Of a stretch of DNA of 64,000 nt, positions 22,655 through 31,920 are shown in pieces (positions within the stretch are counted from its first letter, which is position 1; each line of letters starts with the position of its first letter). The translations under genes were made by a program, and so were the position numbers. The stretch is from assembly GCF_964244045.1 (NCBI RefSeq), contig NZ_CAXTHK010000004.1, forward strand, positions 36,731-100,730, written 5' to 3'. Below the pieces are notes generated by a model. That model had not been told where the DNA came from and searched no databases. It was given only the letters and a program-made list of their open reading frames with translations. The stretch is from an uncultured Jatrophihabitans sp. (lineage in GTDB: Bacteria > Actinomycetota > Actinomycetes > Mycobacteriales > Jatrophihabitantaceae).

Positions 22655-23476
22655 GTGCAGACCGTCTCGCTCACCATCGAGCAGTCATGGGGTCTGGCCG
22701 GCGCGCTCATGGGCGCCGGGGCGGTGCTGGCCGTCGTCCCCAATCGGCACGCCCGGACCGTCGGCGCGTTCGCGCGTGAGATCTCGATCATCGGTTTCCT
22801 GTACGGGTTGTGGCACTACGTCGGCACCCTCGCCGCGGCCGGCACGACCGGTGCCTCCGCCCATGCGCGCACCATCGAACGGATCGAGCGCGACCTGCAC
22901 CTACCGTCCGAGCGGTGGACCCAGCACCTGGTGCTGGGCCACCCGCTCGTCGTGCAGGCCGCCAATCTCTACTACGCGACGATGCACTTCACCGGCATGC
23001 TGCTGTTCCTGCTCTGGCTGTTCGTACGACACCGGGATCGGTACCGCCCGATCCGCCAGGTGATGGCCTGGACCACGCTGGCCTGCCTGCTCGTCCAGCT
23101 GATCCCGGTGGCTCCCCCGCGGATGATGCCAGGCGTCGTCGACACCGCGCTGCGCTACAACCAGTCCGTCTACAGCAACGGACTGGCTGCCGACCAGCTG
23201 TCCTCCATGCCGTCGGTGCACGTCGCTTGGGCCGTGCTCGTGGGCTGGTACGTGTGGCGGGTCAGCCCGAGCCGCTGGCGCTGGATCGGCCCGGCGCACG
23301 CGGTGCTGACGGTGCTCATCGTCGTCGTCACCGGCAACCACTACTGGCTCGACGGCATCGTTGCCGCGCTGCTGCTGGCGGCCTGCGCCTGGGGGGTGGC
23401 CGGCATCCAGGCCGCGTGGCGGTTGCTGCGCGCGCGACTCGTCCGCTCGTCAGAGCCGTACCTGACGCTCGTATAA
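22655..23476 (+). CDS. PAP2-family membrane phosphoesterase (Aur1/IPC synthase-like)
   Basis: VAPPR, MPSVHVAWA, TGNHYWLD; multiple TM segments. Confidence 0.85.
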   Translation: MQTVSLTIEQSWGLAGALMGAGAVLAVVPNRHARTVGAFAREISIIGFLYGLWHYVGTLAAAGTTGASAHARTIERIERDLHLPSERWTQHLVLGHPLVVQAANLYYATMHFTGMLLFLLWLFVRHRDRYRPIRQVMAWTTLACLLVQLIPVAPPRMMPGVVDTALRYNQSVYSNGLAADQLSSMPSVHVAWAVLVGWYVWRVSPSRWRWIGPAHAVLTVLIVVVTGNHYWLDGIVAALLLAACAWGVAGIQAAWRLLRARLVRSSEPYLTLV

Positions 23477-24008
23477 CTCCTCGTAGTGCGGCCGGCTGCG
23501 TTCGACGGCCGCGCGGGCAGGGCCGGGCAGGTCGACGGCGGCCCGCGGCCGGTGCGGCGCCCACACGCCGTCGGAATCGCGCGGCCCGGCCGGGCAGGTC
23601 AGCATCGCGTCAGTGAAAGCAACGCCGACGTGCTCGCACAGCCAGCGCAGGTGTCCTTCGGGGTTGCGCAGGAAGTCGGCAGCGTCGATCACCGGGACGT
23701 CCGCACCCAGCAGGTCGGCGAGCTTTCTCTGCTGCACCAACCCGATGTCCTCGGCCACGACGTCCGCGCGCGAGCGCACGTACGACGCCACCACCTCGGC
23801 CGGGTCGCGGACGAGCAGGACGTTCGTGAGCTCGGCGATCCAGTCCCGTGGCAACTCGGGGGATCAGGTGGTGGGTCATGTGCTTCTGGTAGTAGACGCC
23901 GTTGGTTGGGGCTACCAGGTCATCCACGACGGCCCGCCAGTCCGTGGTGCCGGCCGCGATCACGTCCTCGCGGCCGGGATGGTTCAGGCCCGTCCGGTCG
24001 AGGTAATC
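23450..24008 (-). pseudogene. Sulfotransferase-like protein remnant (aminotransferase IV-associated family)
   Basis: YLDRTGLNHPGREDVIA..YQKHMTHHL, then a +1 shift in a C5 run to LLVRDPAEVVASY..DGVWAPH; N-terminus absent; internal deletion after WAPH. Confidence 0.72.
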
Positions 24009-24840
24009 GTCCGGCCGTCGACCGTGTGCACCGGCACGACGCCGGCGAACGTGCCGGTCACGAACGCCTCGTCGGCGCTATAGACCTCGGTGAGGCTGAA
24101 CGACTTCTCCCGCGCCGGGATGCCGGCGTCGCGCACACCCGCAGGACATTGCCGCGGGTGATGCCGCCCAGGCAGTACATGCCGCTCGACGTCCACACCT
24201 CGTCGCCGCGCACGACGAAGAAGTGCGTCGAGTTGCAGGTGGCGACGAACCCGTGCGGGTCGAGCATGAGCGCCTCGTCGGCACCGGCGGTGTAGGCCTG
24301 GATGCACGCGGTGATGTCGTTGAGCTTGCTGTGCGCGTTCAGCTTGGGGTCGAGGGCGACGCGCGGCGCACGTGCACGGTGAACAACGACAGGCCGCGTT
24401 CGACGGTGGCCGGCAGCGGGTCCTTCCACTCGGCGATGATCACAACGGTGGCCGGGCCGGCCGTCATCCGCGGGTCCTGGTGCGGCGTCGACTTCGGGCC
24501 GCGGGTGACCATCAACCGGATGTGCGCGCCGTCGCCGGTCATTGCATTGGCCCGCAGCGTGTTGTCGATGCGCTCGGCCATGTCGTCGCGGGTCATCCCG
24601 ATGTCGAGCATGATCGCCGCCGCGCCCTCCCACAGCCGGTCGAAATGCAGGTCGAGGAACGCGGGCCGGCCGTCGGCCACCCGCAGGCCCCTCCGACACG
24701 CCGTCGCCCAGCACGAAGCCCGCGTCGAAGACGCTGACCACGGCCCGCTCGCGCGAAACGAGCTCGCCGTTGACCTTGATCAGGATCGTGGCGTTGCGCG
24801 GGTCGTGGAGGAAGTCGTGGGTGCCGTGAGCTGCAGTCAT
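24009..24840 (-). pseudogene. Class IV aminotransferase, three frameshifts, truncated C-terminus
   Basis: VSVFDAGFVLGDGV / HFDRLW..RLMVTRG / KLNAHSKLND..DEALMLD / YSADEAFVTGT are spread over three frames. Confidence 0.82.
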
Positions 24841-24925
24841 GCGACGGCGCAGCCGGAGCAGGTCACATGGACATGGCCTTTGGCGGCCGAAGCGAAGCGG
24901 AGGTCGATCATCCTGTCATCATGGC

Positions 24926-25666
24926 GTGGTGTCGGCCCGCTGTTGCGTCATCGCGTCGGCAGTGCTTGTCGCCGCGCTCAGCGCTGGCTGCTCCTCGACC
25001 CCGCAGCCTGCCAGGATCACGACCGCCGCCTCGTCGTCGCCCGCGACCGTCGCGACCCGATCAATGACCAAACGGGCGAAACCCGCACCGTCGACCGTGG
25101 TGTCGGCCCGGGCACGACGAGCCGGGCTCGTCGAGATCCACAGCGTCGTGCCCGACGCGATCGTCGATCTGCGGTACACGACGAGCAACAACTTCACCCA
25201 CGTCCGGCTGTATCCGAAGTCGGCGCGCTGCCTGGTGCACACCAGCATGCGCGCCGGCCTGCGTACTGCGGCGAAGCGGTTGCGGGCGCAGGGATACCGC
25301 CTGGTGTTCTGGGACTGCTACCGCCCGCACTCGGTCCAGGTACGGATGTTCCACATCGTGTCGAACCCGGAGTTCGTGGCCCGGCCGGGGCCGTACGCGC
25401 GCAGCCACGAGGCCGGCCGCTCGGTCGACGTCACCCTGTCGAAGGGCGAGCACCTGGTGAGCATGGGCACCGGCTTCGACAACTTCACCGCGCGGGCCCA
25501 TGCGTACGCCACCAGCGGGGTGAGCGTGACGGCGCGAGCACACCGCCGGGTGTTGCGGATGGCGATGGCCGCCGGTGGCCTCACCGTCTACGTCGGCGAG
25601 TGGTGGCACTTCGACGGCCCCGGCGCGGACACGCCGCGGCCGATCCTCGGTGCACCGCTGCACTGA
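24926..25666 (+). CDS. M15D D-Ala-D-Ala dipeptidase-like lipoprotein (DdpX/VanX family)
   Basis: Lipobox SAGC, DLRY..NNF, WDCYRP, SHEAGRSVD, EWWHF. Confidence 0.87.
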   Translation: MVSARCCVIASAVLVAALSAGCSSTPQPARITTAASSSPATVATRSMTKRAKPAPSTVVSARARRAGLVEIHSVVPDAIVDLRYTTSNNFTHVRLYPKSARCLVHTSMRAGLRTAAKRLRAQGYRLVFWDCYRPHSVQVRMFHIVSNPEFVARPGPYARSHEAGRSVDVTLSKGEHLVSMGTGFDNFTARAHAYATSGVSVTARAHRRVLRMAMAAGGLTVYVGEWWHFDGPGADTPRPILGAPLH

Positions 25667-25717
25667 GGACCTATCCGGGTAAGCCGTACGACGAGAACCA
25701 GGCGAGAGGACGGCGGC

Positions 25718-26620
25718 GTGGACACCACCCAGCTCGAAAAGATCCGGTCCGGACGCGGCTTCTTCGCCGCCCTCGACCAGAGCGGCGGCAGCACCCCCAA
25801 GGCGCTGGCCGAGTACGGCATCGACGAGAGCCGCTACAGCAACGACGACCAGATGTTCGACCTCGTCCACCAGATGCGCACCCGCATCGTCACCGACCCT
25901 GCCTTCGACGGCGAGCACGTGCTGGCTGCGATCCTGTTCGAGCAGACGATGGACCGTGACGTGCACGGCGTCCCGACCGGCCACTATCTGTGGGACGAGA
26001 AGCAGGTCGTACCGATCCTCAAGGTCGACAAGGGCCTCGCCGACGAGGAGCACGGCGTCCAGCTCATGAAGCCCATCGACACCCTGGACGAGCTGCTCGA
26101 ACGCGCGAACCAGCACGGCATGTTCGGCACCAAGATGCGTTCGGTGATCAAGGATGCCGACAAGGACGGCGTGGCTGCGATCGCCGATCAGCAGTTCGAG
26201 GTCGGCGCGCGCATCTCGGCCGCCGGGCTGGTGCCCATCCTCGAGCCGGAGGTCAGCATCACCAGCCCGCACAAGGCAGAAGCCGAGGCGCTGTTGCACG
26301 ACGCCCTGCGCACCCGGATCGACGCACTGCCCGAGGACGCGGTGATCATGCTCAAGCTGAGCATCCCGACCCAGACCGGCCTGTACGCCGACCTCGCCGC
26401 CGACCCCCGCGTGTTGCAGGTACTTGCGCTGTCCGGCGGCTACGACCGCGACGAGGCGTGCGCCAAGCTGGTCGAGGACCACAGCATGATCGCCAGCTTC
26501 TCCCGCGCCCTGCTCGAGGGGATCAGCGACCAGCAGTCCGACGAGGAGTTCAGCGCGACGTTGGCTGCGTCGGTGCGCCAGATCTACGCCGCGTCGGTGC
26601 AGAAGGTCTCGCACGACTGA
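25718..26620 (+). CDS. fda: Fructose-bisphosphate aldolase class I
   Basis: FAALDQSGGSTPKAL, ILFEQTM, LKVDKGL, FGTKMRSVI, PILEPEV, ALSGGY, SFSRAL. Confidence 0.92.
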   Translation: MDTTQLEKIRSGRGFFAALDQSGGSTPKALAEYGIDESRYSNDDQMFDLVHQMRTRIVTDPAFDGEHVLAAILFEQTMDRDVHGVPTGHYLWDEKQVVPILKVDKGLADEEHGVQLMKPIDTLDELLERANQHGMFGTKMRSVIKDADKDGVAAIADQQFEVGARISAAGLVPILEPEVSITSPHKAEAEALLHDALRTRIDALPEDAVIMLKLSIPTQTGLYADLAADPRVLQVLALSGGYDRDEACAKLVEDHSMIASFSRALLEGISDQQSDEEFSATLAASVRQIYAASVQKVSHD

Positions 26621-26837
26621 GGCGGGTCAGCGGACGTCGTAGGCGACTGCTGGTCGACGCCAACGCCAAGCAGGGATCAGTCAGCAGCGTTCCCTGCGCA
26701 TTGGCGTGAGGCGCGGTGCCTACCCAGGTCGCGCCGACACCGCCGAAGCCAGCAATGTCCGTACCCAGTGACGATGTTGACAGTAAACGGGGCCCGCCGA
26801 TACCTGGCAGGACGCGCAGTATGCACCGCTGGGCGCT

Positions 26838-27326
26838 TCAGTCCTCTGCCAGCTCCTTCAGATTCAGTAGCTGACGCCGCGCCATCACGAGGTCGCCCAG
26901 TGACACCGCCGGAGCCAGCAGGCGCCCGCGCGCCATAACGATCTTGAGCAGCAACCGGGTTTCGTCACCGCCCGGAACGAGGACGTACGACATCACCGCG
27001 CCGAGAATCGCGCCGGTGTACTGCTCCCCCGGCACGACTGACAGCACACGGCCGACCGGCCGGCCGGCAGTGGCCGTAAAGGCCTCCCCCGCCACCGGGT
27101 CGGGCAGCGCCCGCAGCTGCCGCGGTGAGCGCCGGCCGAGATTGTCGACCCAGTCGTAGGAATACGGCGCGAGCCGCAGCTGGATTACCCACGGCCAGAC
27201 CAGCGAGGGCGCGGCCCCCACTGTGACACCGCGCCACGCCTGCAGGACCGGATCGGCAACGAACTCGTCGCACGGATAACGCCGCGCGACTTCCGCGTCG
27301 CTCACGCCCCAGCGATCACCCAGCAC
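26838..27326 (-). CDS. Conserved actinobacterial hypothetical protein (SRPBCC-like)
   Basis: GDRWGVSDAEVARRYPCD, VWPWVIQLRLAPYSYDWVDN, MARRQLLNLKELAE. Confidence 0.7.
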   Translation of the reverse strand: MLGDRWGVSDAEVARRYPCDEFVADPVLQAWRGVTVGAAPSLVWPWVIQLRLAPYSYDWVDNLGRRSPRQLRALPDPVAGEAFTATAGRPVGRVLSVVPGEQYTGAILGAVMSYVLVPGGDETRLLLKIVMARGRLLAPAVSLGDLVMARRQLLNLKELAED

Positions 27327-27419
27327 CAGACCGATGCTAGGGGTCCGACGTTGGCGGGCCGCAGGCCGTCGCCAATCGCGTACTCGGAGCTTTCGGTTCG
27401 GGCGGTGCGGTTCGGCTTC

Positions 27420-27843
27420 CCATCGGAGTGCGCGAAGAATGCCTGAGAGAAGGCAATTCGGGCCGGGTGATTCGAAGGGAAACGCGCGGGTAGCGACACG
27501 GTATGCGGCGCACACGCGACTGGCGCACATGACCATCAGCGACCACCGCACGGCGATGGCGAAGTTGAAGGCCGTCGCTAAGGCGGACGGTGTCACCCTT
27601 CCTGCCAAGCCCAACGCCCAGCAGCATGCGGCGGCGGCCACGGAGCTCACCGCGAAGCGCCCCGCCCTGACCTACTTCGAGCTGCAGGTCGCAGGGCACG
27701 AGCAGTCGATCGCGCAGACGAAGTACGAGATCAAGCGCGGGTCGAAAGCAAACGTGGTGGCCTACGCCAAGTACTACCTGCCGGTGGCCGAGATGCACCT
27801 GACGATGTCGAAGGCCTACCTGAAGCGTCTCGAGAACAGCTGA
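27420..27843 (+). pseudogene. DUF4142 (ferritin-like) protein with degraded N-terminus
   Basis: MTISDH..AKLKAVAKADGVTLP..YFELQVAGHEQSI..YLPVAEMHL is the C-terminal half; no signal peptide or clean start upstream. Confidence 0.55.
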
Positions 27844-27918
27844 CGCGACAGACCTGCTAGTTGTCCGCCCGTCGCGACCTCACCCGGGTAACGACGGGCG
27901 GACAACTCGCGTAGGGCG

Positions 27919-28944
27919 CTAACCGAAGAACACCTCGGCCTCGGCGTAGAGCTCGGGGGTGACCAGCTTGAGCTCGGACGTCGCGTCGGCCAGCGGCACC
28001 CGGACGATGGCAGTGCCGGACAGAGCGACCATCTTTCCCCAGTCGCCGTCGGTGGCCGCGTCGACGGCCTGCAGACCGAACCGGGTGGCCAGCGTGCGGT
28101 CGAACGCCGACGGCGTGCCGCCCCGCTGGATGTGCCCGAGCACCGTGGTCCGCGCTTCCTTGCCCGTCCGCGTCTCGATCTCGTTCGCTAGCCACTCACC
28201 GATGCCACCGAGGCGGGCGTGGCCGAAGGCGTCGAGCCCTTTGTTCAGGACCGCTTCGCCACCGTCGGCGGGCAACGCGCCCTCGGCGACCACGACGATG
28301 GGCGCGTAGTGCGCCTGGAAGCGGGACTCGACATACGCGCACACCCGCTCGATCGAGAACGGGAACTCGGGGATGAGGATGACGTTCGCGCCACCGGCCA
28401 TCCCGGCGTGCAGCGCGATCCAGCCGGCGTGCCGCCCCATGACCTCGACGATCAACGCGCGGTGGTGCGACTCGGCCGTGGTGTGCAGCCGGTCGATGGC
28501 CTCCATGGCAATGTTCACCGCGGTGTCGAAGCCGAACGTGTAGTCGGTGGCATTCAGGTCGTTGTCGATCGTCTTCGGCACCCCGATGACGTTGACGCCC
28601 CGCTCGTGGAGTTTCGCCGCCACGCCGAGGGTGTCCTCGCCGCCGATGGCGATCAGCGCGTCGACGCCCAGCGCGTGCAGGTTTTCGGTGACCCGGTCGA
28701 CCCCGCCGTCCACCCCGAAGGGGTTGGTGCGCGACGAGCCGAGGATCGTCCCGCCGCGGGGCAGGATGCCGCGGACGTCGGAGATACCCAAGGGCATGGT
28801 CAGGTTCTCGAGTGGCCCGCGCCATCCGTCGCGGAACCCTACGAACTCATGACCGTGGACGCCGGCGCCCTTGCGCACGACCGCCCTGATGACCGCGTTC
28901 AGACCCGGGCAGTCGCCGCCGCCCGTCAATACACCTATGCGCAT
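27919..28944 (-). CDS. pfkA: 6-phosphofructokinase
   Basis: GVLTGGGDCPGLN, GGTILGSSR, PKTIDND, FGFDTA, EVMGRHAGW. Confidence 0.95.
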   Translation of the reverse strand: MRIGVLTGGGDCPGLNAVIRAVVRKGAGVHGHEFVGFRDGWRGPLENLTMPLGISDVRGILPRGGTILGSSRTNPFGVDGGVDRVTENLHALGVDALIAIGGEDTLGVAAKLHERGVNVIGVPKTIDNDLNATDYTFGFDTAVNIAMEAIDRLHTTAESHHRALIVEVMGRHAGWIALHAGMAGGANVILIPEFPFSIERVCAYVESRFQAHYAPIVVVAEGALPADGGEAVLNKGLDAFGHARLGGIGEWLANEIETRTGKEARTTVLGHIQRGGTPSAFDRTLATRFGLQAVDAATDGDWGKMVALSGTAIVRVPLADATSELKLVTPELYAEAEVFFG

Positions 28945-28966
28945 GACTGGGACCCTAAGACATGTC

Positions 28967-29449
28967 TCAGGCTCCCAGCGCGCGCCACCGCGCGAGGTTG
29001 TGCCGGGCGTCGGCCAACGCGTCGTGCTGGTCGGGCGGGGCCGGTGGCAGGGGCGGCGAACCGGCGTCCTCGTAGCGCTGACGCAGCTCGTGGGTGAAGC
29101 GCGGAATGGCCCGCGGCAGGGCGCGCATGTCGCCCCACAGCTGACAGAGCACAACATGGTCGTACGCCGACATCCACGCCCACAGCTCGATGCCGTCGCC
29201 CGGCGCCAAGGAACCGGTGAGGAACGCTAGGAGGTCCTCGCGGATGCGTTCGCGCGAGCGCCAGGCTGGGTCGGACGGTGACGGCAGCTTGTCCAGCACA
29301 TTCTTGCGCACCCAGTCGATCGCGCGGGACGGGTCGAACTCCGTCGACACCGCGTAGAACTCGCGGCCGTCCTCGGCGACGACGCCGATGGACACTAGGT
29401 CGATGGTGGTGCCGTCCTCGATGAACTCGCAGTCGTAGAAGTACCGCAA
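28967..29449 (-). CDS. Poly(A)-specific 3'-exoribonuclease AS (Rv2179c family)
   Basis: RYFYDCEFIEDG, AYDHVVLCQLWG, HDALADA. Confidence 0.92.
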   Translation of the reverse strand: MRYFYDCEFIEDGTTIDLVSIGVVAEDGREFYAVSTEFDPSRAIDWVRKNVLDKLPSPSDPAWRSRERIREDLLAFLTGSLAPGDGIELWAWMSAYDHVVLCQLWGDMRALPRAIPRFTHELRQRYEDAGSPPLPPAPPDQHDALADARHNLARWRALGA

Positions 29450-29471
29450 CAGACCTCCGGTCTGGAACCGG

Positions 29472-30236
29472 TCAGGAGGCCCAGGTGCCAGGGTGCCGGT
29501 CACCGAGCTCGCGCACCGAAGCCGCCCGTTCGCGAGCGCCGAACGACTTGTCCCGCCCTTGCGCCTTCTTGACATTGGCGGCGTACTGGTCGACGTACTC
29601 CTGGCCGGACAGCTGCATCAGTTGGTACATGATCTCGTCCGTCATCGAGCGCTCGACGAAGCGGTCGCCCGCCATGCCCTCGTAGCGGGTGAAGTCCAGC
29701 GGCTTGCCGATGACAACGCCCGGGCGGGGGCGCAGTTTGGGAAACAGCCGCCCGGGCGGCTGGATGGTCGCCGTGTCGACCATGGCGCACGGGATGACGA
29801 CTGCGCCGGACTCGAGCGCCATGCGGGCCACCCCAGTCTTACCGCGATAGAGCCGGCCGTCAGGCGACCGGGTCCCCTCGGGGTAGATGCCCAACAGGTT
29901 GTTGCCCGAGCAAAGCACCCGGACGCCGGTGTTCAGGGCCGCGCGCGAAGCGTCGGCGTCCGAGCGGTCGATGGGCACCTGACCGACACCGGCGAAGAAC
30001 AGCCGCGAGAAGAAGCCCTTGACCCCCGGGGTCGTGAAGTACTCCGCCTTGGCCAGGAAGGTGACCTTGCGCGGGGCCAGCAGCGGCAGGAAGAACGAAT
30101 CACAGAACGACAGGTGGTTGCTGGCCAGGATGGCCGGACGGTCGTCGGGGATGTTCTCGCGTCCCTCGATCCAGGGACGCCAGAGCAACCGCAGCAGCGG
30201 GCCGATCATGATGAACTTGGCGAACCAGAACCCCAT
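29472..30236 (-). CDS. plsC: 1-acylglycerol-3-phosphate acyltransferase
   Basis: SNHLSFCD, FLAKAEYF, IYPEGTRS. Confidence 0.9.
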   Translation of the reverse strand: MGFWFAKFIMIGPLLRLLWRPWIEGRENIPDDRPAILASNHLSFCDSFFLPLLAPRKVTFLAKAEYFTTPGVKGFFSRLFFAGVGQVPIDRSDADASRAALNTGVRVLCSGNNLLGIYPEGTRSPDGRLYRGKTGVARMALESGAVVIPCAMVDTATIQPPGRLFPKLRPRPGVVIGKPLDFTRYEGMAGDRFVERSMTDEIMYQLMQLSGQEYVDQYAANVKKAQGRDKSFGARERAASVRELGDRHPGTWAS

Positions 30237-30409
30237 AAACCCCGCGGTCTCCTTCGCCAACACGCTCCCCGGAGATTCCGGGTGAATGTGATCCAGAGAA
30301 TAGTGCCGTCACCCGTCGCGAACCAAGTTGCCAACAGGTCAGGGTCCGACCTCGCCGACGCCTCTGTGGCCAGGCATGATGTGGGAGCGCAGCGCAGGAA
30401 GGACCACCC

Positions 30410-31204
30410 GTGTCAGCCACCGCAGACCCCACCGCCGATCATGAGCCGTTCTCGACCGACGGCACGGTTTCCGACGGTCGGCGGATCGGCGTCGTGGTCA
30501 GCCACGGGTTCACCGGCACCCCGGCCAGCATGCGGCCCTGGGCGCAGCATCTCGCCGACGCCGGCTACAGCGTCCGGCTGCCGCTGCTGCCAGGACACGG
30601 CCGAACCTGGCAAGACACCAACCGCACCCGCTGGCCCCAGTGGTACGGGGCGATCGAGGACGCCTACCTCGACCTGGCGCGGACCTGCGACACGGTCGTG
30701 GCCTGCGGGCTGTCCATGGGCGGCACCCTCGTCACCCGGCTTGCCGAACAGCACCCGGACGGCGTCGCCGGTCTCGTGCTGGTGAACCCGGCATACGGCA
30801 CCCAGCGCTTCGACGCCAAGTTTGCGCCCTACATCGCGTGGGCGGTGCGTTCGCGGCCTGCGATCGGCGGCGACATCAAGAAGCCCGGCGTCGTCGAGGC
30901 CGCGGCCGACCGCACGCCGGTGATCGCGTTCGCCTCGCTGGCCAAGCTGTGGAAGCGCACGGTGGCCGACCTGTCGACGGTCACCGCGCCGGTGCTGCTC
31001 TACCGCTCCCGCGAGGACCACGTCGTCGACCCGCTGTCGGCGCAGTTGCTCAAGCGCCACGCGACGAACACCACGATCCGCGAGGTGGTGCTCGAGAACA
31101 GCTACCACGTGGCCACCCTCGACAACGATGCACCGTTGATCTTCGAGGGCAGCGTCGAGTTCATCCGCGCGCTGTCCGACCCGGTCACGAAGGTCAGCTC
31201 GTGA
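30410..31204 (+). CDS. Carboxylesterase (alpha/beta hydrolase)
   Basis: HGFTGTP, GLSMGG, DHVV, SYHVATLD. Confidence 0.88.
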   Translation: MSATADPTADHEPFSTDGTVSDGRRIGVVVSHGFTGTPASMRPWAQHLADAGYSVRLPLLPGHGRTWQDTNRTRWPQWYGAIEDAYLDLARTCDTVVACGLSMGGTLVTRLAEQHPDGVAGLVLVNPAYGTQRFDAKFAPYIAWAVRSRPAIGGDIKKPGVVEAAADRTPVIAFASLAKLWKRTVADLSTVTAPVLLYRSREDHVVDPLSAQLLKRHATNTTIREVVLENSYHVATLDNDAPLIFEGSVEFIRALSDPVTKVSS

Positions 31205-31917
31205 CGTCGCACGACGTGCCCGGGCCCGACGAGCGCCTCGACAACGGCTTGCGCGCGCTGGCCTACGTGCCGCTGACCGACGTCGACGCCGAGATCGGCC
31301 GTCAACTGCTGACCGCCCTGGCGCGGGCGCGCATCGCGGCCTACCTCGGCGAGCTCGAAGCAGCGGCCGACCACCGTCGGCTGTTCGTCGCAGCCGAGGA
31401 ACGTGTCGACGCCCGCACGATCGTCCGGGCCACCGTCCGCGCTCTGGGTTCAGTAGCCGCGGACGTGCCCGATGAACCCACGGTGTCGTTGACGAAGGCC
31501 GGCGACCCGTTGGCCGGGCTCGACACCGACGCGATCTTCGCGGAGCTCGTCGCGGATTGGCACGTCGACACGCACAGCGCGATCCGCCGCGCCGAGCGCG
31601 ACCTCACCCGCGAGGACGCTGAGTGGCGGGCCCGGCTCGGCAAGCCGCCGGCGGACGAAGAACCGGAGTGGCTTGACGACGACCACTACGTGCCCCCGCC
31701 CCCGCCCCCGCTGCCCCGACTGTCGATGCCAGCGGTGCTCGGCATCGTGGTGCTCATCCTCTCGATCTTCCTGCTCGCGGCGGGCACCGTGATAGGCCTC
31801 GCCGACAACGTCGCCCGCGTGCTCGGCATCGCCGGGCTGCTGGTCGGGGTCGGCGTGCTGCTCACCCGGGTGCGCGACTTCCACCGCGACGAGGACGACG
31901 ACGGCGCGGCGATCTGA
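31201..31917 (+). CDS. Conserved hypothetical membrane protein
   Basis: GTG coupled to the esterase stop; HYVPPPPPPLP, C-terminal TM hairpin and DDDDGA tail. Confidence 0.75.
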   Translation: MTSHDVPGPDERLDNGLRALAYVPLTDVDAEIGRQLLTALARARIAAYLGELEAAADHRRLFVAAEERVDARTIVRATVRALGSVAADVPDEPTVSLTKAGDPLAGLDTDAIFAELVADWHVDTHSAIRRAERDLTREDAEWRARLGKPPADEEPEWLDDDHYVPPPPPPLPRLSMPAVLGIVVLILSIFLLAAGTVIGLADNVARVLGIAGLLVGVGVLLTRVRDFHRDEDDDGAAI

Positions 31918-31920
31918 GGA

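Noticed and set aside
24926-25666. Vancomycin resistance locus
   Set aside because: No vanH, vanA/B or vanRS in the window, and the protein has a lipoprotein signal
24223-25959. 578-aa + strand ORF and similar long Arg/Pro/Ala-rich ORFs throughout
   Set aside because: Alternative-frame or antisense shadows of recognisable genes, with no family motifs
26660-26710. Possible ncRNA after fda
   Set aside because: Only an imperfect hairpin (CGCCAA-GCAGGGA/TCCCTGC-TTGGCG), compatible with a terminator; no recognisable RNA family motifs
17299-27843. Prophage or integrative element
   Set aside because: No integrase, transposase, tRNA target or flanking direct repeats were seen
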